From: Octopus sinensis
Lineage: Eukaryota
Direction of reading: 5' to 3'
Assembly (NCBI RefSeq): GCF_006345805.1
Contig: NC_043015.1
Span: 7,874,001-7,938,000 of the forward strand
Length of the DNA: 64,000 nt
Position numbers and translations under genes: made by a program. The notes below the pieces were generated by a model that was not told the DNA's origin, did no database searches, and worked only from the letters and a program-made list of their open reading frames with translations. Of this stretch, positions 51,389 through 64,000 are shown piece by piece. Each line of letters opens with the position of its first letter. The stretch's first letter is position 1.

Positions 51389-52649
51389 GTACATATACAT
51401 ATACACATATATATATATACATATGTATATGTATGTATATAATATATATATATGTATGTATATATAACATAACATAACAATATAATATATAATATAATAT
51501 AATATAATAATATAATATATATATGGTGAATATTGCAGTATTGCGATTGGCGTACCTTTGTCGGGGTTGTTTTGTTTTCATAATACTTGCAACATTGAAT
51601 TGAGAATTAGATAACTAGTATGGGGTAAAGTATAACAGCTGCCAGTTAAAATTATTCCAGAATGTCGGTGTCAATTATCTTTGGTCATGCAACGAGAGCT
51701 GGAGGATGATATTAAACTTCAAGCGAAAGTATGTGTTAAGTATGTGAACACTAGCATGCCTTTTATTACAGGAATGGATTCATGTGGCGAATAATCAGAA
51801 GATCTATGTAAGTTAGATGTCAAGAAATATTGATCCATATATTCCGAAGTAGTAACGATTCGTTTAATATTAAGTGTAATCCAGGTCGACTTCCATCTGT
51901 CACTTGATTAAAAACAAAGCGAGTGTCAACGACCGTTGAATTCGTTAACGTTAGTAGCTGGCCAGTAGCCAGTGTGATTTGGAATATGTCTGGATAAATA
52001 GAAATATCAGCATCTATAGGAATAATAACAGATAGAAAGTTTCAAGATTTTCTATTTAGTGTTTCTTTATATATATATATATAAAAAAAAACTACTTTAG
52101 AAGTTTTATAGAAAGTTTTGAAATGAAGGCAAGTCAGTTTACAAATTATAAAAGTGCTTTGCGGAAAGTTTATATACTACGTATCCATAATATATAAGAA
52201 AAGGTACGCACTTTCGCATTCACACACAGGAACATTTATACATACATACATTAATACATACACATATATATATCATATATATGTGTGTGTAAATGTGTAT
52301 ACGTGCGTGTACGTATCAAAATGCTATAATAGCTTTCTTTAAGTTTACATATGCATGGAGCTTTTACATAATTTTTATACAATATCTTTATAAATTATTG
52401 ATATTAAACACATTCGTATAATTGAATGGCATGAGTTGTTGTATTCATATATGCTTTTAAATCGTGTTAGTATTAGTATTACTACTAAATATACCAGTAA
52501 TGAGGAATCGTTAATTCCTGTAGGTTCCTGAATATTCTTTAAAGGTTTCAGATAATCTTAGTTTTCTATAAGTATGCTTTTACTGCATACAGATTAATGT
52601 GATATATATATATATATATATGTAAATATATAGAAATGTATATACATAT

Positions 52650-52700
<51 letters not shown>

Positions 52701-53355
52701 TATACATGAGTAGACAAACAAAAGAAAGAAGCACATGACGCGTCTAATAAGACTTTCCTATATTGTTTAAAACGGTTTTCTTCGGTTACATGAAACTCAA
52801 ATTTTCTAGGCTTCATAAAAATTCCTCTGAATCAATAAATTGGATGACGCCGAGTCAAACTGCTTATATATATATATATAAATGTAAGATCCAAGGATGG
52901 AGTTGCAGGAAGAAAGTCAACTTCAAGCAATCCGCAGTAAATGCATAAAAAAACAACTTTCAGCGATGAGTTTGTGAATTTGTTTCATATCGAAGAAGAA
53001 TGAGCTGAAAAGAAGTTCATTTTATATTTCACGACGAGGGTTGCCGGGTGTACGAATAAGAATACAAGAGTTACGGAATAAAGTACAAACGATCAGAGCT
53101 ACATTTTTCATAGCGACCTGAACTTCGGAAGAGGTGAAATGTTACTGTGCTCCATACCGCCGTCTACTCTTCAGGCCAAGGATACCTTGATTAAATTAAA
53201 TTTTACATGAAGTTTACAAGAAGGTACACGTTGACGCAAGGAGTATTTAATCTGAACAGTAGCCGGCAGTATGCACCTCACTTGGATTTTTCCACTTCCG
53301 TGGCTAAGCTCGGTATGAAATATATACTGCCCGAAATATATATATATATTAAATA

Positions 53356-53769
53356 TACTCTTTTTTACTCTTTACTCTTTTACTTGTTTCAGTCAATTGA
53401 CTGTGGCTATGTTGGAGCACCGCCTTTAGTCGAGCAAATCGACCCCGGGACTTATTCTTTGTAAGCCCAGTACTTATTCTATCGGTCTCTTTTGCCGAAC
53501 CGCTCAGTTAAGGGGACGTAAACACACCAGCATCGGTTGTCAAGCAATGCTAGGGGGACAAAAACAGATACACAAACACATACACATACATATATATACA
53601 CATATATACGACAGGCTTCTTTCAGTTTCCGTCTACCAAATCCACTCATAAGGTATTAGTCGGCCCGGGGCTATAGCAGAAGACACTTGCCCAAGATGCC
53701 ACGCAGTGAAACTGAACCCGGAACCATGTGGTTGGTTAGCAAGCTACTTACCACACAACCACTCCTGCG

Positions 53770-53771
<2 letters not shown>
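53356..53771 (-). mobile_element. Full-length tRNA-derived SINE with an internal TA/TG microsatellite and (AAAGAGT)n tail
   Basis: Minus strand: GGCGCAGGAGTGGTTGTGTGGTAAG..., GGGTTCAGTTTC, CTTGGGCAAGTGTCTT (CORE-like), the microsatellite, then a 3' domain and a tandem-repeat tail. Confidence 0.88.
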
Positions 53772-53811
<40 letters not shown>

Positions 53812-53859
53812 GTGAATATACGTAAGTATATATAAAATTTATGTCTATCTATAACATCT

Positions 53860-53895
<36 letters not shown>

Positions 53896-53926
53896 TTGTG
53901 TGTGTATGAGTGTAATTACAGATATT

Positions 53927-54299
53927 GGAGGCGCAATGGCCCAGTGGTTAGGGCAGCGGACACGCGATCATAGGATCGCGGTTTCGATCCCAGGACCGGG
54001 CGTTGTGAGTGTTTATTGAGCGAAACACTAAAGCTCCACGAGGCTCCGGCAGGGGATGGTGGTGATCCCTGCTGTACTCTTTCACCACAACGTCTCTCAC
54101 TCTTACTTCCTGTTTCTGTTGTACCTGTATTCAAGGGGCGCCTTGTCACTCTCTGTGTCACGCTGAATATCCCCCCGAGAACTACGTTAAGGGTACACGT
54201 GTCTGTGGAGTGCTCAGCCACTTACACGTTAATTTCACGAGCAGGCTGTTCCGTTGATTCGGATCAACGGAACCCTCGTCGTCGTAACCGTCGGAGTGC
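53927..54299 (+). mobile_element. Full-length tRNA-derived SINE: head and middle like 8613/63056, tail like 19410
   Basis: A box TGGCCCAGTGG, B box GTTTCGATCCC. The middle GAGCGAAACAC...AGCTCCACG is shared with 63056 and the tail is shared with 19440-19627. Confidence 0.88.
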
Positions 54300-54309
54300 T
54301 TCTCAGAAT

Positions 54310-54331
54310 GATATATACTATAAAATTATAT

Positions 54332-54368
<37 letters not shown>

Positions 54369-54647
54369 ATCTATCAATATATATATATTATAATATATAT
54401 ATATATCTATCTATCAATATCTATCTACAATATATATATATAATATATATAATATATATCAATATATATATATATCAATTATTATATATATATAATATCT
54501 ATAGCTATCAATATATATATATCAATATATATATATATATATATATATATCTATCTATCAATATATAATACTATATAATATATATATATATATCAATATA
54601 TATATATATCAATATATATATAATATATTATATATATATATCTATCA

Positions 54648-54681
<34 letters not shown>

Positions 54682-54973
54682 TATATATATCTATCAATAA
54701 TATATATATATATATATATATTAATATATATATTATATATTCAATATATATATATTAATATATATATATATATCAATTATATATATATATATATTATATA
54801 TCTATCAATATATATATATATAATATATATCTATCATATATATATATTATATATATATATATATCAATATATATATATATATAGTATATATAATATATAT
54901 CAATATATAACACTATATATATATATATATTATATCTATTCAATATATATATATAATATATATTCTATATATC

Positions 54974-55004
<31 letters not shown>

Positions 55005-55170
55005 CATATATATTATATATATATATATATATATCTATCAATATATATATAATAATATATATATATATATCAATATAATATATATATATATAATATATAT
55101 ATCTATCAATATATATATATATATATATATATCAATATATATATATATATATATCTATATATATATATAT
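54310..55170. repeat. Irregular satellite of (C)TATCAA-(TA)n units
   Basis: CTATCAAT / ATCAAT anchors recur every ~15-40 bp among TA runs. Confidence 0.85.
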
Positions 55171-56090
55171 AATATCTAATAAAAATATTTGCAGATGACT
55201 CCAAGCTACAGAAGGTCATAAATGAGGCGAGTGACGGACATGCCTCAATCAGATCTATATGGCTGTTATCCAATGGGCAGAAAAAAAAATATGCTGCTGA
55301 ACGAGATAAATTTGAGCTAATCCACTTGGAAAAGAGGAGCCCTGAAACTCCCATATATCCTTCAGGTGAAAAATCTCGCGCGTCCAACAACATCAGAGAC
55401 TTGGGAGTAATGTGGACAACAACGTTAGCTGGGCAACTCATATAAACACCAAAGTGACATGGCCCGCAGATGTGTTCCTGGATTCTCAGAACTTTCCAGT
55501 CGAGAGATATCCAAACCATTATCCTTCTCTTCTCCATTTTGCCCGACCCCACCTATGAATATGTGTCCACGTGGTCTACCACACAATACAAGGTATCAAA
55601 AAAGTCGAAGCACTCAAAGGGCAATCACAAAAAAGATAGATGGCATGAACAGGCATCGACTATTGGGGTCGAATAGAAAAGCTAAAACTTATTCTCTCCA
55701 ACGTCGTCGTGAGCGCTACATATCTGATGATGTGGAAAATATTCCATCAGCATTTGCCCAAATGATATGGCATCACCTTAAGGTATCCAGGCTTGGGCCC
55801 GTGCCATCGCCCAAAACAAAATTCGCACTATATCTCATAACAAACAATACGGCACAATTATTTCACCTCAATGGCCCCGCTCTCTTAACATTACACAAAA
55901 CACATTATAAACAGAACTGACCTATAGGGTTCATATAAGTCTTGGACAGATTCCTTCAAGAATCGGATAAAAACCCCCTACACCCGGATATGTCTCTGTA
56001 AACAATAACTCTCTACTTGAGTGGGAATAGTGCCCAAATTCTGATTTGAAAGCTTCACCAGGTGGTGCTATTAAGTTAGACATGGCCATA
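55171..56090 (+). mobile_element. 5'-truncated CR1-type LINE (RT C-terminus and 3' end)
   Basis: IKIFADDSKL, IRDLGV, MCSWILRTF, KLYSLQRRRERY motifs across many frameshifts. Confidence 0.9.
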
Positions 56091-56099
56091 TACATATCT

Positions 56100-56239
56100 A
56101 TATGGCCAATATATCCATATAATCATATATATAATATATCGAAATCTATATATATATCAATTATATATTCATATATAATAGATAATATATATATTATATA
56201 TATCAATATATATTCAATATAATTAATATATATATCTAT

Positions 56240-56275
<36 letters not shown>

Positions 56276-56319
56276 ATTATATATATTATATATATTATAT
56301 ATATATATATATATATCAA

Positions 56320-56351
<32 letters not shown>

Positions 56352-56357
56352 TCATCA

Positions 56358-56389
<32 letters not shown>

Positions 56390-56397
56390 CTATCTAT

Positions 56398-56431
<34 letters not shown>

Positions 56432-56437
56432 ATCTAT

Positions 56438-56473
<36 letters not shown>

Positions 56474-56556
56474 ATCTATCAATATATATATATATATATA
56501 TATATATATCTATCTATCAATATATATAGTATATATCTATATATATCTATCTATCA

Positions 56557-56589
<33 letters not shown>

Positions 56590-56674
56590 CTATCAATATC
56601 TATATATATTATATATATATATATATCTATCAATATAGATATATATAATATATAATATCTATAAATAGATATAT

Positions 56675-56722
<48 letters not shown>

Positions 56723-56801
56723 CTATCAATATATATTATATATATATATATATAATAATATATCAATATAATATATATATATATATATATATTATATCTA
56801 T

Positions 56802-56838
<37 letters not shown>

Positions 56839-56880
56839 CTATCAATATATATATATATATATATATATATATCTATATAT

Positions 56881-56920
<40 letters not shown>

Positions 56921-56956
56921 TATATATATAATATATATATATATTATTATCTATCA

Positions 56957-56998
<42 letters not shown>

Positions 56999-57138
56999 AT
57001 CAATATATATATATATATATATATATATATCTATATTATATATATCTATCAATATATATATATATAATATATATATAATATATATATATCTATCAATATA
57101 TATATCAATATATATATATATATATATATATATATCTT

Positions 57139-57175
<37 letters not shown>

Positions 57176-57319
57176 ATATATATATATATATTATATAATA
57201 TTTATATATATATATATCTATCAATATATATATATATATTATATATATATCTATCAATATATATATATATATATATATAATTATCAATATTATATATATA
57301 ATATAATATATAATATATC

Positions 57320-57350
<31 letters not shown>

Positions 57351-57440
57351 ATCTATCAATATTATATAATATAATATATATATCTATCAATATATATATA
57401 ATATATATTATATATATAATATATATATATATTATATATA
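56100..57440. repeat. Continuation of the TATCAA-(TA)n satellite
   Basis: Same anchors as 54310-55170. Confidence 0.85.
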
Positions 57441-59213
57441 TGCTGTTGTTGTCGTACTTCTTTTACTTCTCTTTTGCTATTACGATTGCCCATCGTAGGT
57501 CGGTGTTGACTGTTGTGTTCTTATTCAGTAATCATTTCTATTAGACTCGATTCGCATGTGGGCCAAAAGGCATCTCATGGAAATGCAGCAACTATGACAT
57601 CTGCTTCAGACGAAGCAAGTAAACTTTTTGAAAGAATCAAATCTATGTTTAAAATGAAGTGAAATTTTCAAGAACATGCTTGCAAAAAAGAACGAATTGA
57701 CGCATCACATGGGACTTTTCGTATATAAACACACACACACACACACACACTTATATATATGTAAGGGTGTTACAGGTGTGTGAGACTGCGTATGTAAAAC
57801 GCGACTGCTTTTGATGTCTGACTTTCCAGCAAATGCAATAAAACGTTTATTGCTCAGTCCGTAATGCTTCTCCGCCTACATAATATATCAAGCATACACC
57901 ATTATAGCTCATAGTTTTCATGTTTTTCATAGAGATGACAGTGAAAAATTTTCGAAACCTGATAAAGGATCTTCAGTTTACCTAAGCAAACAAAGAACTA
58001 TTAAAATCATTACAAGAACTGGAAACTGTCATCTTTAATATAAGATGTTTGAAATATATTCTCACCAACTCTACTAAAATTATATGTATGTCCATTTTGC
58101 TGTATGTATATATGCGTATGTTAAGCAACATTGCAGATTACAGAAGACATATATAATATTGAGCGGCAGCTATAAAAAGCAATCTTGTAGGATATTTCCT
58201 ATTTTGCTGTACAGGTGTCATCCTTTAGATATCATATTACAACATCTCTGCCATCTGTTCATTTCAACAGTTTCCGTTAGCATGAATAACGAGAAATACT
58301 AGTAAAACGGATAAAGAATTATAAAAAACAGCATCTCAAAATTTAACGAAAATGAAAAAAAAACCCATAAAAAATAACAGTTGTTATCTTTAGTACAATA
58401 TGCACTTACAGATTTAGTTTCTTTTTTTTTTTTATCTTTCGCTTTTTAGAAAATGGATTCCTTCCTGATCTTGAGTAGAGCTTTCTTCCATTAAAAAATG
58501 CACGGAACATATTCTACGGCATGAAGAGTCTCAAATTGCAAACAATAGAGATTTCTCCCCATTTTATCACAAAGAAATTTCTTATCTTCTTATCAAAAAG
58601 AAATTTATTGAGGATGACAAAGTGTAGAGATTTTAATCGATAAAATATTGACCGATGACAAGTGGAGGTGCCATGCTACATACGCGAATTTTTTATGTAA
58701 AACAAGACGCAAAGAGGATTTAATATGTATTGAATTGCTTAGAGTTTCATTTAATATAAAGACATATTCTTTTTTCATTCTGAAATTGCACAAAACATAT
58801 TTGACTTAAGCAAGGATAAATGTAATTATTTCAACTATTATTTCACGTATTCAAATTTAACTTAGTTACATGTTAATGTTTGTTTAACTTCATAAACATT
58901 TTATCAAAGAAAGATGAAAATCGACAGATTATGCAATGTCTCTTAAATTAGATCACATTAAACAAATTTCATATATATATACATAAAAAAGAAGTATTAA
59001 ATTTGGCATATGTTATATGTTATGTATGTACCTTGTATAAGTTTAAAATACATGCGGATATAGCAGGCATACACTTATACACATATATCTAAGTCAACTA
59101 TATATATGTATATAGTTACAGACATCTTATATTACAGAATACATGTGTGGGTGTGTGTGTGATTGTGTATGTGTGTGAACGTGTGTATGTATGTTTATGA
59201 TATTAATTTTAAA

Positions 59214-59421
59214 TTTTGGCTCATAGCCAGGAATTTTTAAGGCGGGGGCTATGGATTAAATCGACCCAGAGCTAAAATGGTTCTTATTTTTATCGATCCG
59301 AAAGGATGAAAGACAATGTCGATCCCGATGGAATTTGAATCCAGAATGCAAAGACGGACGAAATGCTTCTTAGCATTTTCCCCGGCATGGCGTGGTAATT
59401 ATTTTGCCACCTTGCTGCCTT
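59214..59421 (-). mobile_element. Degenerate full-length SINE (34898-type central domain)
   Basis: CGAAAGGATGAAAGACAATGTCGA...GGAATTTGAA...CTTAGCATTTT...GCTGCCTT. Confidence 0.75.
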
Positions 59422-60584
59422 TGTATGTGTATGGTATTAAACAAATAAAACAAATCACACAGTAAGCAATAACAGTATTATTGCTATGAACTGCTATGTG
59501 AGTCCCAATATCATTGATAACATAACTGGTAGATACAGTGTTAACATCATACGGAATATAGTGGTATCACGTGAACGTCACCCGAATAATTTTTCTTTCG
59601 AACGTTTCTCTCCGTAACTCTTACAAACATCCGATACTGCAACATCAGCGAAGATATTAATGAAAGTATACTGATGCCTTTAACAGAATATTTAGATAAT
59701 AAAGACACCCACAGAGATTCGCAAAGTCTAAATAAGTAAAATTCTGATAATTTATGTATTTATAAATTCTAATCATTTTTATGTAGGAAATAGTATAGTT
59801 TATAATAATAGTAAATTTATACATTTCTTTAACATTGGCGTATTTATGAGAAAGCTTTTAATTAATGAATCGTTGATTAAAATTTCTTTTGATTAATTCC
59901 GCGTGTGAATAAAATATATCGTTAATTATTTTTTTCATAATGGTATACAGAAATTAAAAAAATATATTTCCTACTTCACCATAAATTCGTAAGATATTTT
60001 ACAGATTTTATTATATAGATTTTATTTCATAAAAATGGGCAGTGATTATTTTAGATTAAAATAGCTTTAGATTAATATTATTAAGGATTCATAGGAACAT
60101 TTTATGACCGTTGCAACTGTTTCGTTTATTTAATTAATTTTATTTATTTGAGTTTTGATCTTGTTTTTATTGGATTTATAATATTTTTTAAAGTATTAAC
60201 GCTTGAAAACGTAGGTGTGTTTTAAATCAGTTTTATGATTTAGCAGTCGTTGTATGAAATACTTGTCTCGTTTATCGACAAATATTACCATGACGAGATT
60301 CAAATGCAGAATTATGATTTTTTTTAATAAATATACTTGTGGATATGAATCGAAACAAATTGTAGGATATGTATTTGTTTTAATTATATTATATTATATT
60401 CTTAATAAATTTATATCTCAAATGTATCTCTCTAGATCCTTCAATATTTACACACACACAAACACACATACACACACACACATATGTATATATATGCACA
60501 CACATATATTTATATATATATATATATACATATATATAGAGATATGTGTATATATATATATACATACATATATATATACATATA

Positions 60585-60726
60585 TACCGGAGTAAACACA
60601 TAAATGTGAAACAATGTGAAACAAGGTGGAAAAAAGAGTACTCAAATACCAGTGGTAGAGTAATATGCTTTATTTTAAGCAGCAGAAAATTCAACAAAAT
60701 CTGTTACTCTGAGTTTCTCGTTGCCG
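60585..60726. mobile_element. Copy of the 48723 family truncated inside the hammerhead, between (TA)n tracts
   Basis: Near-identical to the reverse complement of 48816-48946. It ends at TTTCTCGTTGCCG, before the CTGATGA-encoding segment, and has an AATGTGAAAC tandem duplication. Confidence 0.85.
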
Positions 60727-60729
60727 ATA

Positions 60730-60878
60730 TGTATATATACACACATATATATGTATATATACACATATGTGTATGTATATATACACATATATGTATATAT
60801 ATATATGTATATATACACATATATGTATATATATATATATACATATATATATATACATATATGTATATATATATATAC

Positions 60879-60936
<58 letters not shown>

Positions 60937-60939
60937 TGT

Positions 60940-60970
<31 letters not shown>

Positions 60971-61030
60971 AATATGTACACATATATATATATATATATT
61001 TATTTTTATATAAATATATACATACATACG
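60730..61030. repeat. Compound TA/TACA/GA microsatellite
   Basis: Directly visible. Confidence 0.9.
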
Positions 61031-61069
61031 GTAAATAGTAAAAAATATTTTTCCGGCCAAGAACGTCAA

Positions 61070-61345
61070 TGGGATTACACCTAGAAAACTCTCCTCCTTC
61101 CGGGCTAAGTTCTTTGTGGAAGACTAGCACTCGCACATGTATATCAGTCCCCCCTCTCCTCGCCACCAATGTTGTAGAAAAGAAAATGAAACGCCGATTG
61201 CAAGCTTGGCGCCATTGATCCCACCACTCATTTCTACAGCTGAGTGCACTGAAGCAACGAAGTAAAACTCGGATCCCGGTCCGGGACTTGAACTTATAAC
61301 CTCACGATTGTAAGTCAGACGCTGTAACCACTGAGGCATGCACCG
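61070..61345 (-). mobile_element. Degenerate copy of the 42143 SINE family
   Basis: Minus strand CATGCCTCAGTGGTTACAGCGTCTGACTTACAATCGTGAGG... and a tail segment matching 42290-42440. Confidence 0.75.
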
Positions 61346-62901
61346 GCACCAACGCGTGCACATACATACATATAAGTTGAGAGAGAGAGAGAGAGAGAGA
61401 GGAGGAAAGGAGAGAGAAGCACAGTGATGAAGCACTGGTTCCTATATAATAGGAACTTGCAAATATTTACAGATATCCACTTCTTTTGCTAGTGTTCACC
61501 ATTTAGAAACGGTTTATACTGCACTGTAGTTATTGATCAATTTTATTTATATTATATATTAAATCTGCTTTAATGATTTCGTTTGCTGCAAAATAACCAT
61601 TGCAATCACAAGAAAAATTCATTGAATTGCCAACTATTGCAAACAATAAATTTAGTTAAGTCTTCTAATGTGTATTTTCCATCGTCCATTTATTGTTATG
61701 TCTGATGAAATTACTTGCTCAAATGTAAAACTATCTCTCACGTATGTAGCTATTACCAGCTCTCTCACACACACTTTGACATCGCTGTCTATATAAACAC
61801 GTACATAAATCGATTTAGCTTCTATTTTGACAGACATTTTGATGTTTTTTTTTCTCACTTGTTATGAGTTTATTATACTCCAACTATCAGTGTTACAAAC
61901 ACCCCAAATATACACATTACAACGAGCTTATGTACAAGTAGATATGTATTTCATATATTTGGGAAAGTGTGTGAAAATAGTGCGCGTGTGAGTGTGAGTG
62001 AGAGTGTGAGATCGTGGAGGTGCGTTAGTGCGAAATCTTATGTGTTTGCGGGTTGAGATAATTTATTGTTTTTTGTTCACGGAGTTTAGTTACACAAAAC
62101 TGCACACACACACACACACGTGTACGCCAACAAGGTAAAATCATACACAGAATAAACAGACGTATACATATAGAAGGAAATGATCGTGTATATGTGCGTG
62201 TGTGTGTGCGCGCGTGTATAGAGGGAGATAGACGAATAGGAGAAAAGAGAGATGAATTTCTGATAAAAAATCACTGTCCTGCGTAGAAAGTTTTATATAC
62301 TTCTCTCTCTCTCTGTATATATATATACATACACACATATGTATAAATATATATATGCATATATAGATATTTGCACAAACACATTTGTATAAAGACACAC
62401 ATACGAATATATGAATATACATATATATTTGTATATATATTTCCATGTATATATGTGTGTGTGCGCTTGTCCATTTCTGTATATGTGATTGATTGTGTGT
62501 GTTTAATGCTATTTTGCAGAGCGCAACGAGTTTTCATTTAAAACTTATCTGAAAGTCTAAAAGGTATATATGGCTTCTGAATTTGATTTTCACATACGAA
62601 TTCTTTTTCTTATAAGAAATAAGAGAAAGATATATTTGGTTTGCTTTTTCATGCAAAGCAACACTTTTTTTTATCTTTTAGATAGGACTGAATCATATTT
62701 GCTATGAAATTTCTGCAAGTATATCAATGCTATATCCTTATCTAATACCATTGACAAATCAATATATATATATTACGGCGAATGTTATATTATCGAGCCC
62801 CAGAAACGATGTGGTTGATTTTGGAGAAGTACTGTTCTTAATAAAGAACAAAAAAAAAAGGAAACAATCAATTCAGAATGTAAAACGTGAACGCAGTTAA
62901 G

Positions 62902-62933
<32 letters not shown>

Positions 62934-63055
62934 TCATGAAGGTGTTAGGTGTAAATATGCATTGTTATTAGTATTTAGTTGTTAACGTTCTCAGTTCTGA
63001 TGAAATAAATAGTAGTTAAGGACTAGAGTCGACGTAATCCACATACTCCTTCTGT

Positions 63056-63360
63056 GGAGGTATATGGCCTAGTAGTTAGAGCAGCGGACTCGCGGTCGAG
63101 GGATCGCGGGTTCGAATCTTAGACCGGACGATGTGTGCGTTTATGAGCGAAACACCTAAGCTCCACGCGAGGCTCCGGCAGAAGGTAATGGCGAACTTCT
63201 GCTGACTCTTTCGCCACAATTGTCTCTCATTTGTTCCTCCTGCATCTTGCAGCTCACCTGCGACGGGCCAGGTGGGGAACCTATACGCCAAGGAAACCGG
63301 GAAACCGACCCTTATGAGCCAGGAATGGCTCGAGAAGGAACAAACAAACAAACAACAAAC
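63056..63360 (+). mobile_element. Full-length tRNA-derived SINE (8613 family) with an (AAAC)n tail
   Basis: A-box-like TGGCCTAGTAG, B box GGTTCGAATC. Colinear with 8613-8892. Confidence 0.88.
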
Positions 63361-64000
63361 ATACACTTTCTCTCAAACTTACTGGCCTTGTGAAACCCCT
63401 ATTGGTATTTAGTTCAAGGGTAACCGAAATCGACTACTCTTACGATGAAAATAATTCTATCCATGACTATCCTGCTTTTTACCTTAAAATATGTGCCAAG
63501 ATTCAGTTAATCCAACGTGTTCTAAACTATTATTCATCAGCCCAGTAGGCATGCTAGTCGTCGGGGCAGCATCTTGCATAATATTATAGTATTAATATAT
63601 ATTACTGTGTGATGCCGTTCTAACTAATTTTGTTTCGGAATATTACAGTCGAATGCGAAAACTCATCAAGATTTACAAATTATTAATAGTGCGTTAATTG
63701 ATTTATCGTCTCCTGCGAATTTACGTATTTGTTGGAATTCTCTTTTGTTTGTTTTTTTTTTTTGATTTGCTATATTATTCTTTTTGGTTATTGAAATTTT
63801 GAGGGAAATTTTACTTTTAATGTAAAAGAGGGATACAGACTCGTAAGGCCAGTTTTCTGGATTCTGTAATGTATGCATTCCCTCATGTTATTGATGATTG
63901 TCGGTCACATGATTATTTACACAAATTAGTGGCGTGGACTAGAGCAACGTAAAATAAGGTATTTCGCTCTAGAACACAATGCAGAAATCGAAACCACATT

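Noticed and set aside
53100-53180. Possible hammerhead with a long stem II on the minus strand (CTGAAGA...GAAA)
   Set aside because: It needs bulged, weak stems I-III and is expected by chance.

Overview
This is a very AT-rich, microsatellite-saturated eukaryotic window. The SINE families and repeat landscape suggest a coleoid cephalopod, probably Octopus (inference from recalled families, no search run). I find no confident cellular protein-coding gene, so it is probably intergenic or deep intronic. Nearly all ORFs in the supplied track are translations of (TA)n/(CA)n/(TACA)n or trinucleotide repeats. Recognisable content is decayed mobile DNA: many tRNA-derived SINEs of several modular types (three with clear TSDs), R4/Dong-like restriction-like-endonuclease (REL) LINE fragments, an RTE reverse transcriptase (RT) remnant, a CR1-type LINE 3' end, a Penelope-like GIY-YIG fragment, a mariner remnant, a cluster of Helitron termini, and a ~550-bp non-coding family sitting in trinucleotide tracts. 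The most notable signal is a set of short non-coding elements inserted in (TA)n tracts. They come from at least three sequence-unrelated families, each carrying a minimal type I hammerhead-ribozyme motif, often within an inverted-repeat architecture typical of Penelope-like pseudo-LTRs. Every hammerhead motif has at least one core or stem defect, so activity is unproven.
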